Shown: positions 47,346 through 54,701, counted from the stretch's first letter. The stretch is DNA of 64,000 bases from Oscillospiraceae bacterium (GCA_015067715.1 SVLY01000005.1:8312-72311); one strand, 5' to 3'. Made by a program: numbers and translations. The notes: generated by a model from the sequence alone, not told the origin.

Positions 47346-48383
47346 TCATTTTGGAGCATAGAACGTGTTTTTGCCTGCGCCGTGTTTGGAAATATAGCCA
47401 TCTGCAACCAGCTTCTTTAAGTGGCGCTCCACTGTGGAGGCGCTAAGGCTGGGGCACAGCTCCAGGATTTCCTTCTTAGTGAACTTGCCCAGTTTGTTTT
47501 CAATGGCGTTTTTCACGGTATCAAGAGATGTGGGACTGACGATCCGGATGCGATCGTCGAAGTCGCGGTATGCGGCGATGATGGTGCTCAGCAGATATTT
47601 GACGAACGAAGTGGGATCGTCCTGCTGCTCGTGCCAGCCGACCTGTGAATCCTCCAGCGCTGCATAGTAGGCATCCTTGTTCTTTGCGATCTTAGCTTCC
47701 AGCGAGATATACTTACCGACCTCATAGCCTGCGCGGTACAGCAGCAGGGTCGTAAGCAGACGGGACATTCTGCCGTTGCCGTCAAGGAAGGGGTGGACGC
47801 AAAGGAAGTCGTGAATAAACACGGGGATGATCAGCAGCGGATCCACTTTGCCTTCGCCAATGGCACGGTTATATTCGTCGCAGATCACCTGCATGGCTTC
47901 CGGCGTTTCATAAGGCGCCATGGGGGTGAACAGGGTGAAGCGTTTGCCTGCTTCATCGGTGGCGCTGATATAGTTCTGTACATTTTTGAAACTACCACCG
48001 AAGCCGGAATCGGTATGGCTGAGCAATATCCTGTGAAGCTGCAGAATGTAATTCGGTGTCAGCGGAATATAATCGAAGTTTTCATGTATGATGTTCAGCG
48101 CGTCGCGGTAACCGGCGATCTCTTTCTCGTCACGGTTACGGGGCGCTGTGCGCTCGCTCATAAGCTGGCGCAAACGGGTCTCCGTTGTGCGTATTCCTTC
48201 GATGGAGTTGGATGCCTCGGTGCTCTGTACCTTGGCGATCTCAACCAACCGCTCAAGCTCTTGCGGCTTCTGCTCTATATATACGGAATGTCTTCCTTTG
48301 TACTCATGAATGAGAGACAGGAAGTTAATGACCTCGTTATCCCACGTCCGGTTTTCCAGACCCGTATAATCAAAACAGCGCAT
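47346..48383 (-). CDS. Fic family protein (class II, N-terminal inhibitory motif) with C-terminal winged-helix domain
   Basis: ORF trimmed to MRCFDYTG, after GGAGGTG. It has the Fic motif HPFLDGNGRMSR, the inhibitory (S/T)xxxE(G/N) motif SNSIEG, and a C-terminal LSASTVERHLKKLVADGYI. Confidence 0.85.
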   Translation of the reverse strand: MRCFDYTGLENRTWDNEVINFLSLIHEYKGRHSVYIEQKPQELERLVEIAKVQSTEASNSIEGIRTTETRLRQLMSERTAPRNRDEKEIAGYRDALNIIHENFDYIPLTPNYILQLHRILLSHTDSGFGGSFKNVQNYISATDEAGKRFTLFTPMAPYETPEAMQVICDEYNRAIGEGKVDPLLIIPVFIHDFLCVHPFLDGNGRMSRLLTTLLLYRAGYEVGKYISLEAKIAKNKDAYYAALEDSQVGWHEQQDDPTSFVKYLLSTIIAAYRDFDDRIRIVSPTSLDTVKNAIENKLGKFTKKEILELCPSLSASTVERHLKKLVADGYISKHGAGKNTFYAPK

Positions 48384-48404
48384 CTCGTCACCTCCATAAT
48401 CTAT

Positions 48405-48441
48405 TCTCGTCAATTATATCATCTTTGACGAGAAAAATCAA
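48405..48441 (-). promoter_or_regulatory. fic promoter with a 9-bp inverted repeat bracketing the -10
   Basis: Reverse strand: TTGATT (48436-48441), 17 nt, TATAAT (48413-48418). Inverted repeat tctcgtcaa (48405-48413) / ttgacgaga (48425-48433). Confidence 0.5.
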
Positions 48442-48756
48442 TGGGTGAAGAGAAACTTGCAAAAGTTCTGCTCCACCTAAAGCTGCAAATTACCTTTATC
48501 TTCATCATAATATCATATATTTTATTTTTGATAAAGGTTTTTTTATTGTAATTTTTGACCATTCCATGCGTTGGAGTGGACAGTTTTGTAATGAGGTTAC
48601 CCGCTCTGTTCGTGTAATGGTGCCACGCGTTCAGGACTGGCTGCGAAATCTGCGAAAGCTATGGAAAACAGCTTGGTTTTGACCCTAAAACCCCGAAAAA
48701 TACGGATCTTACGCAAGAAACGGATATTGCAGATCCCTTCAAGGGGGATAAGTCTG

Positions 48757-48800
48757 GCCTCCTAAGCGGAACGCTCCCGGTTCGAATCCGGGCAAGCGCG
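48757..48800 (+). other. Orphan 3' half of a second, different tRNA-Arg(CCT); att-site relic
   Basis: gcctcctaagcg (identical to 47205-47216), then gga-acgct-cccgg-ttcgaat-ccggg-caagcgc-g. This gives a well-formed anticodon 3' stem, T arm and acceptor 3' strand. No matching 5' half lies upstream. Confidence 0.7.
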
Positions 48801-49083
48801 CCGAAAAGTGCCGAAAACACTACGTTTTCAGGGCTTTTACTTTTCTTCGCTCACTTATTTTCTTAAGTGAGTATTTTATTTTGGAGAGTAGAATAAACTC
48901 AAACTTTTAACATATCCCAATTAGCAGGAATTTAGCAGAAAATCGGCGTTTTGCTAATCGGTTTTTCAGCAAAATCCTGCTAATTTGCGCAGGCGTATGC
49001 TCCATCCATAGACTTTTGCATAAATTATGCTATTATCGTTTTATCTATGTTATAATATTACGTGAAAAAATAAAGTAAAAATT

Positions 49084-49108
49084 GAACCTTTTGATGCCGG
49101 CTCCCGTC
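49084..49108 (+). promoter_or_regulatory. ECF-type promoter candidate (GAAC-N17-CGTC)
   Basis: tGAACc (49084-49087), 17 nt, cCGTCta (49105-49108), about 50 nt upstream of the ECF sigma start. Confidence 0.4.
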
Positions 49109-49159
49109 TATATAAGTGAAACCGGTTTTAATCACTCATAAAAAAAAGGAGGTGATGAT

Positions 49160-50431
49160 GTGGATGAGTTTGAGAGATTGCTGGAAGCAGAACGTGTTTC
49201 TGTGGAACGGTTTGTGAGATTTCGGATGAGTTCTAAAGCGGATGCAGACGATGTGCTGCAGGAGATATTCCTTACAGCGTATCAGAAGTTTCCTCAGCTG
49301 AAGAATAAGGACTCATTCAAAGCGTGGATCATTAGCATCGCAAGAAACAAATGCAATGATTATTTCAGAAAGAAAGCGACTCAGTACGAAATTCCAATTG
49401 ATGAGTTGACAGAAAAGGAACTATCAGACGGTAGACATGGTGTTTCCGTAGTTAATACTGTAAGAGAAACGTTGAGTTTGCTCGGTGATAAGGATAAGCA
49501 GATCCTTTACCTTTACTTCTGGAAAGAGATGCCGCAGTCAGAAATCGCAAAACAACTGAACATCCCTATTGGGACTGTAAAAAGCAGACTTCATACAGCA
49601 AAACAAAACTTCAAAAATAAGTATCCATATCGCACCGATGTATCGAAAGGAGAACTCTATATGAAAAAGTTGCCTGAATTTATTCCCGAATATAAAATCG
49701 AAGCGAGTACCGAAGCTCCCTTTGCAGTCAAATGGGAAGAACTTATGGGATGGTTCTTGGTTCCTAAGCTCGGTGAAAAGTTGTCTTGGGGTATGTACGA
49801 TATCCCGTCCCGTAAGTGCAGCCATATTTACGATATGCAAGTTTCCGGCAAAGCAAAGGTTCACGGTATTGAGGGCGTAGAGCTAACCGCAAGAGAAGCA
49901 TCATACTCAGATAAGAACGATGTGATCAATCGTACCTTTGTGGCCCAACTGACAGATACACATTGCCGCTATCTGGCAACACTCAGAAATGACGGCGATG
50001 TTCGCAATTATATTACATTCCTCGATGGGGATGAATTTCTGCCTAACTGGGGATTTGGCGAAGATAATTGTGGCAATGAAACTAATCTGGCAGTCAAGGG
50101 TGATATCCAGAGAACGGATACAGTTGTTACAAGCGCCAACAAAGATTTTCTGTTGGACATTGTAGGCCGTTACACCGTTACGATTGGCGGAAAGAGCTAT
50201 GACACTGTCTGTGTTATGGACATCGAAACCTATAATTGCGGTGTTGTATCGGAGCAGTTCCTGGATAAAAACGGAAAGACGATTCTTTGGCGCAGATTTA
50301 ATCGTGATGATTGGGCTATTGATCGCTATAAGAAGCCGTGGAGTGAGCAGCTACCGGAGAACGACAGACTTACCGTAAACGGTACGACCTATGTTCACTG
50401 GTACGATTGTATCACCGATTATATTCTATGA
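49160..50431 (+). CDS. ECF-type sigma-70 family factor fused to a C-terminal domain of unknown function (about 250 aa)
   Basis: GTG start after AAGGAGG. Region 2: DDVLQEIFLTAYQKFPQLKNKDSFKAWIISIARNKCNDYFRK. Region 4: MPQSEIAKQLNIPIGTVKSRLHTAKQNF. A soluble Cys/Trp/Asp-rich domain with no TM helix follows. Confidence 0.8.
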   Translation: MDEFERLLEAERVSVERFVRFRMSSKADADDVLQEIFLTAYQKFPQLKNKDSFKAWIISIARNKCNDYFRKKATQYEIPIDELTEKELSDGRHGVSVVNTVRETLSLLGDKDKQILYLYFWKEMPQSEIAKQLNIPIGTVKSRLHTAKQNFKNKYPYRTDVSKGELYMKKLPEFIPEYKIEASTEAPFAVKWEELMGWFLVPKLGEKLSWGMYDIPSRKCSHIYDMQVSGKAKVHGIEGVELTAREASYSDKNDVINRTFVAQLTDTHCRYLATLRNDGDVRNYITFLDGDEFLPNWGFGEDNCGNETNLAVKGDIQRTDTVVTSANKDFLLDIVGRYTVTIGGKSYDTVCVMDIETYNCGVVSEQFLDKNGKTILWRRFNRDDWAIDRYKKPWSEQLPENDRLTVNGTTYVHWYDCITDYIL

Positions 50432-50591
50432 CAGAATAAACATTAACATGGTACGACATTAGTAAACACGATTTACGCTTATTATCGCCACCCTAAAATC
50501 ACGCCTTCTGCTAATTGCTTGCTAATCAAATACAGTAAAACAACATAAAATCAACGGTAACGGCGTAACAGAAGATGATACTTTAACCTTT

Positions 50592-50618
50592 AAAATCTCC
50601 TGACAGCAGGGGATTTTT
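50592..50618 (+). terminator. Intrinsic terminator downstream of the ECF sigma gene
   Basis: Stem aaaatctcctg (50592-50602) / caggggatttt (50607-50617) with one G-U pair, and a T-run. Confidence 0.55.
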
Positions 50619-50657
50619 AGGTATCGCAAGGGATGCCGTTATCGTTTCCCTCGGTAT

Positions 50658-50700
50658 CTCCTAAGCGAAGGGTCGGACGTTCGATTCGTCTTCGGGGTGT
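50658..50700 (+). repeat. 43-bp direct repeat, copy 2 (attR-like; orphan tRNA-Arg 3' part)
   Basis: It is identical to 47207-47249. The upstream sequence (ccgttatcgtttccctcggtat) has no D arm or 5' acceptor, so this is not a full tRNA. Confidence 0.9.
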
Positions 50701-50708
50701 AGAGTCAT

Positions 50709-50746
50709 AAAAAAGGAACAGGTCAGATCTGACCTGTTCCTTTTTT
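50709..50746. terminator. Bidirectional intrinsic terminator
   Basis: Perfect palindrome aaaaaaggaacaggtcaga/tctgacctgttcctttttt. Confidence 0.75.
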
Positions 50747-50778
50747 ATATTTTGTTTTCTGTTATCTCCGTCCTGTAT

Positions 50779-50946
50779 TCAGTCGATAACGGTATAGCTC
50801 AGCATTTCGTAGTGGAGTTTTGTGCCGAGGTCTGCTCCCGGAGGGAGAAGGGCAAGGGCGATGAAGACGTCGCCGGAGTTGTCGTCGGGGGTGAGGTAAG
50901 CGTATTCGCCTTCGATCCTGGTTACGGTATAGTCTTTGGGTTCCAT
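50779..50946 (-). CDS. Small DUF3006-like protein (55 aa)
   Basis: It is below the ORF-track length cutoff. The reverse strand reads MEPKDYTVTRIEGEYAYLTPDDNSGDVFIALALLPPGADLGTKLHYEMLSYTVID. The RIEGeyA...LP.GA pattern resembles DUF3006. It starts 19 nt after the upstream stop. Confidence 0.5.
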   Translation of the reverse strand: MEPKDYTVTRIEGEYAYLTPDDNSGDVFIALALLPPGADLGTKLHYEMLSYTVID

Positions 50947-50965
50947 TTTTTCAGATCTCCTTTTT

Positions 50966-52927
50966 TTAGTTTGACTGGGTGAGAACGGTCTCCCACTTTG
51001 CCGTGGGAGGCCAGCCCTCGGTGTTGAAGCAATCTCTGATGCAGGCGGAGTAGAAGGCCAGCTTTTCGGCCAGCCCCGGCTTTTCCGCGAAGATATAGCT
51101 GTTTTGGATCATGGCTTCCTCCATGAGGGTGGCGCGGTCCTCGGTGGGGTAGCGGCGGGAGTAGGGCTTAACGAACCATGCGTCGTAGGCCGGATCGTAA
51201 ATGTCGACGGAGGTCTCGCCGTAGGTGTAGGCAAATTCAAAGCCCTCGGGCTGGTGGGAAAGCCATGCCTCCTCGCTGAAAAGGGCGTTTTCTGTGTAAT
51301 AGCTGTTCCATTCCAGCTTGCGGTCGATAATGTGGGCAAATTCGTGGTAGACGGTACCCTCGTAGACGGTCTCGGTCTCCATGACCACAAGGTATCTGTC
51401 CGTGCCCTCGTGGGCAAAGGCGGAGTAGGACTCGGAATAGAGGCCGGTATCCTTGGGGAGAAGCTCGGTGACTATCTCCACCCTTATGCACTCAATGCTT
51501 CCGTAGGAGAGCTGGGCAAGGAACCCGTCCGGATAGGCGGAAAAGGCCGACTCCAGAGTGTCAAGGGCTTTTGTTATCTCAATGGGGTCGTCCTGACGGC
51601 TGGCGGTGAAATCCACGTAGTCAAGGGCGCACTTGTCGGAGATCATTATCTCGATGCCGTAGCGAAGGCTCATCTCGTGGGCCCGCTCGTAAAGCGCCCG
51701 CTCTGCGGCAGTACCGATGGGGTCGTCCTCGGTATAGGGGACGAGCTCAAGATCTTCGTGCTCAAGGGGTGCGGAGATATCCCAGAAAACGAGTCTGGCG
51801 CCCTGGGGAGTGTTGTCCGTGAGGAAATAGCCGTTCCAGAATTCGCTCCACAAAAGATCCATTCCCACGTAGGCTTCGTCGTTTTGGGGCAGACGGCAGG
51901 TGGAGATATAGCTTCCGTAGGGATCGTAAAGATCCAGCTCCCGCATGGCGTTGTCCCACGTGGCAAGCCTGCCCGAGTGGGTGAGGAGTTTAAGGGCGTT
52001 TTCCGACCAGTAGGCGGTGCATTTTTCCTCCGGGGTCACGTAATAATAGTTTCCCCAGCCCTGTCCGCTTCCGATAAGCCACGTTCCGTCGTGACAGGTG
52101 GCAGAGATCACGTCGCCGCTTACCGGAATGGAGCGGAAAAGCCCTGTGGCAAGGTCTATATTAACTCCTGTGTAGCGCAGAGTTTCGGGGTCGATATAGG
52201 AAAGGCTGAGCTGGTCGGGAAGTTCCGTTGCAACGTAGAGGTTTTTTGCTCCGGGGATAAGCTCCTCTGAGGTGCCCATTTGCAGGTCAAACAGGGTAAG
52301 CCCGGTGTCCCAGTCCACGGAGTAGACCAGAGTCAGATCGGGGCTTAAGTACCAGGAGCCGTTTGACGGGGGCAGGTCGAATTCTCTTCTGAGGTTCAGC
52401 TCCCCGTCATAGATCATCACCTTGCCCTCAAAGGGCATACACACGCCGATCTCGCCGTCCCCTGTGCGGACCATGCAAAAGTCGCTGTCCAGCCGAAGGC
52501 TTGCAAGCTCGCCTCCGTCGTAAAGGGAGATGACGGAGATCAGAGTAAAATAGCGCTCCCCGTCGAAGATAACGGAATGGGCAAGCAGATCCTCTCCGAA
52601 AAGGGAGATCCGGGGGGAATTGTGTTTTTCCAAAGCGGCGCAGGGAACGTAGAAGGAATTGCCGAGGCTTCCCGCAGGGGTGATATCTGAAAGCAGGGAC
52701 GGGGGAGGCGCCGTGGTGGTCGTCTGGGTGGTGGTCTCCGGGGGAGAAGTGACGGTTGTTTCGGTTGTGGTCTCAGGAGGTGCGGTCAGACTGCCCCAGA
52801 CGGAGGGGATCGAGATCCACGTGTGGGCGGTGGTCTCTTCGGGGGAGGGCAAAAGCAGGCCGCAGCCGGAGAACAGCGCGCAGAGCAGTAAAGAAAGAGG
52901 TAAGAAAATGCCGATGATTTTTTTCAT
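50966..52927 (-). CDS. Large lipoprotein with Thr/Pro-rich linker and C-terminal HExxH (putative zinc metallopeptidase-like) domain
   Basis: Lipobox LFSGC, linker PPETTTETTVTSPPETTTQTTTTAPPPS, and YHEFAHIIDRK near the C-terminus. Confidence 0.7.
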   Translation of the reverse strand: MKKIIGIFLPLSLLLCALFSGCGLLLPSPEETTAHTWISIPSVWGSLTAPPETTTETTVTSPPETTTQTTTTAPPPSLLSDITPAGSLGNSFYVPCAALEKHNSPRISLFGEDLLAHSVIFDGERYFTLISVISLYDGGELASLRLDSDFCMVRTGDGEIGVCMPFEGKVMIYDGELNLRREFDLPPSNGSWYLSPDLTLVYSVDWDTGLTLFDLQMGTSEELIPGAKNLYVATELPDQLSLSYIDPETLRYTGVNIDLATGLFRSIPVSGDVISATCHDGTWLIGSGQGWGNYYYVTPEEKCTAYWSENALKLLTHSGRLATWDNAMRELDLYDPYGSYISTCRLPQNDEAYVGMDLLWSEFWNGYFLTDNTPQGARLVFWDISAPLEHEDLELVPYTEDDPIGTAAERALYERAHEMSLRYGIEIMISDKCALDYVDFTASRQDDPIEITKALDTLESAFSAYPDGFLAQLSYGSIECIRVEIVTELLPKDTGLYSESYSAFAHEGTDRYLVVMETETVYEGTVYHEFAHIIDRKLEWNSYYTENALFSEEAWLSHQPEGFEFAYTYGETSVDIYDPAYDAWFVKPYSRRYPTEDRATLMEEAMIQNSYIFAEKPGLAEKLAFYSACIRDCFNTEGWPPTAKWETVLTQSN

Positions 52928-53043
52928 GGAAAAGCCCTCAAAGCATTATATCATTGAATAAATAACGAATATTGTTGTGCATACACCGCAATTATATCAT
53001 ATCGGAAGAGGGGAGTCAACAAAAGGTATGGCAGTTATGCCTA

Positions 53044-53072
53044 TTGACTTATTTTGCCACGGGGTATATAAT
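53044..53072 (+). promoter_or_regulatory. Sigma-A type promoter of the transporter gene
   Basis: TTGACT (53044-53049), 17 nt, TATAAT (53067-53072). Confidence 0.5.
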
Positions 53073-53147
53073 TACGCATAATCGCTCAAAAGCGCTGAAA
53101 CAGCCTGTTTTTGTTTTGGCTTGATCTACAGAGAGAAGGTTTGTCAA

Positions 53148-54356
53148 ATGGATTTCAGTTTTTCCGCCGCAACGGGCGTGCCGTTTATGATGCTCTGCCT
53201 CTTTGCCGTTGTCGCCGTGGGGTATCTTTTGGGACGGGTTACGGTCAAGGGTATTTCTCTTGGCACTGCAGGGGTCTTCATCGTGGCGCTGGTTTTCGGC
53301 TGTGTTTTCTACAAGGATCTTTCCGCCGCCCTCACCGTTGAGGGTCAGACCTTTGTGAAGGAAGCCCTTAAGATCGTGGAAAACATAGGGCTTATGTTCT
53401 TCGTCACCGCCGTTGGCTTTATTGCGGGCCCCGGCTTTGTGAGCAATTTCAAGAAAAACTTCAAGAGCTACGTGCTTTTGGGTCTGATCGTCATCGTTTC
53501 CGGTGCGCTGGCCTGTGTTGGGTGCATTTTCGTGGGACGCAACTTCACCGAGCTTTCCAACTCCGAGCTCACCGCCATGATGGCAGGCCTCTTCTCCGGA
53601 GCGCTCACCTCCACTCCCGCCTTCTCCGCCGCAAAGGACGCTGTTGCCGAGGGTCTTGACAGCATCGTCTCCACGGGCTACGGCATTTCCTATCTCTTCG
53701 GCGTTATCGGCGTTGTGCTTTTCGTTCAGCTCATTCCCAAGCTCCTCCGTGCGGACGTTGCCGCCGAGCGTGAAAAGATCACCGCCACCGACACCGGCAA
53801 AAAGCGCGTTTACACCGGCAAGCTTCTTGACATGGACGATTTCGGTCTCATGCCCCTTGCTCTTGCCATTCTCATCGGCGTTGCCGTGGGCAGCCTTAAG
53901 TTTGGCAACTTCTCTCTCACCACCACCGGCGGATGCCTGCTGGCAGGTCTTGTTTTCGGCCACTTCGGCCATATCGGCCCGGTCAACCTCATGCCCAAGG
54001 CCACGACGCTCAAGGTCATGCGTGAGCTGGGTCTGGTGTTCTTCCTCATGGGCGCCGGCATTTCCGGCGGCTCCAGGTTTATCGAGCTCTTCGAGGCCGT
54101 CTACTTCGTCTACGGTATTGTTATGACCGTCGTTCCCATGATCGTGGGCTTCATTGTTGCAAAATACGTCTTTAAGCTGCCCCTGTTCAACAACCTGGGC
54201 TCTCTCACCGGCGGCATGACCTCCACCCCCGCCCTTGGCACTCTTATCAATGTCACCGGCACTGAGGACGTTGCCTCTGCCTACGCCGCGACCTATCCCA
54301 TCGCCCTTATCAGCGTAGTGCTCTGCTCCCAGTTCATAATCATCCTGTTCTCCTGA
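53148..54356 (+). CDS. AAE-family (YidE/YbjL-like) putative transporter lacking the central RCK_C domains
   Basis: ORF trimmed to MDFSFSAA. It has two homologous halves, each starting with a G(Y/S)LLG/KGISLGTAG-like hairpin (VGYLLGRVTVKGISLGTAGVFIVALVFG; GSLKFGNFSLTTTGGCLLAGLVFG). Confidence 0.7.
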   Translation: MDFSFSAATGVPFMMLCLFAVVAVGYLLGRVTVKGISLGTAGVFIVALVFGCVFYKDLSAALTVEGQTFVKEALKIVENIGLMFFVTAVGFIAGPGFVSNFKKNFKSYVLLGLIVIVSGALACVGCIFVGRNFTELSNSELTAMMAGLFSGALTSTPAFSAAKDAVAEGLDSIVSTGYGISYLFGVIGVVLFVQLIPKLLRADVAAEREKITATDTGKKRVYTGKLLDMDDFGLMPLALAILIGVAVGSLKFGNFSLTTTGGCLLAGLVFGHFGHIGPVNLMPKATTLKVMRELGLVFFLMGAGISGGSRFIELFEAVYFVYGIVMTVVPMIVGFIVAKYVFKLPLFNNLGSLTGGMTSTPALGTLINVTGTEDVASAYAATYPIALISVVLCSQFIIILFS

Positions 54357-54375
54357 GTTGGATCAAAACGGCAAG

Positions 54376-54407
54376 GACTCCCAAGATGCCTTGGGAGTCT
54401 CTTTTTT
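54376..54407 (+). terminator. Intrinsic terminator after the transporter gene
   Basis: Stem gactcccaag (54376-54385) / cttgggagtc (54390-54399), then tcTTTTTT. Confidence 0.75.
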
Positions 54408-54455
54408 GTCTTGAAACACGGGGGGGATTTGTGGTATTATAAATTCACTTAAAGC
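54401..54455 (+). repeat. Terminator-tail/promoter cassette, copy 1 (P1)
   Basis: cttttttgtcttgaaacacgggggggatttgtggtattataaattcacttaaagc. TTGAAA (54411-54416), 18 nt, TATTAT (54435-54440). It matches copy 2 except for one extra T and one extra G in homopolymer runs. Confidence 0.85.
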
Positions 54456-54654
54456 CGTACACCGTAGGGGCGAACTGCGTTCGCCCGTTTGGCGTATCAT
54501 CCCTGCTACCTTTCCCGTCGACATTGTGCCCAAGGAGACCTTTTCCGGACGCCCCGGGAGGGGCGTCCCTACATTTCAAAGAACCAGCAGCCCAAACCCG
54601 CCGAGCCACAGAAAAGAGAAGATTCGTATCATAACGAGTCTTCTCTTTCTTTTT
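54447..54654 (+). ncRNA. Candidate structured small RNA (about 200 nt) transcribed from P1
   Basis: It has its own promoter (copy 1) and its own terminator: stem 54616-54626 / 54635-54645 plus tttcttttt. GC-rich hairpins are ggggcgaac/gttcgccc (about 54467-54492) and ggacgcccc-ggga-ggggcgtcc (about 54549-54570). There is no convincing ORF. Confidence 0.3.
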
Positions 54655-54701
54655 GTCTTGAAACACGGGGGGATTTGTGGTATTATAAATTCACTTAAAG
54701 C
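54649..54701 (+). repeat. Terminator-tail/promoter cassette, copy 2 (P2, promoter of glxK)
   Basis: ctttttgtcttgaaacacggggggatttgtggtattataaattcacttaaagc. TTGAAA (54658-54663), 17 nt, TATTAT (54681-54686). Confidence 0.85.

Larger units (their letters stand above)
47250..50657. mobile_element. Degenerate integrated island(s) at tRNA-Arg; no recombinase retained
   Basis: It is bounded by the exact 43-bp tRNA-derived direct repeats and subdivided by a foreign tRNA-Arg 3' half at 48757-48800. The 48.4-50.7 kb part is visibly more AT-rich than the flanks by eye (not computed). Confidence 0.6.

Noticed and set aside
47250-50657. Calling the tRNA-Arg insert an active integrative element or prophage.
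   Set aside because: No integrase, excisionase, replication, conjugation or phage structural gene is present. Only the att-like repeats and cargo remain, so it is reported as a degenerate island.
50752-50982. A 76-aa plus-strand ORF next to the island junction.
   Set aside because: It is antisense to the better-supported DUF3006-like mini-gene and to the end of the lipoprotein gene. It has no RBS.
54401-54701. The possibility that the about 54-bp repeats are a minimal CRISPR array or MITE ends.
   Set aside because: There are only two direct copies. Each is a recognisable promoter plus terminator tail. There are no cas genes, no terminal inverted repeats and no short target-site duplication.
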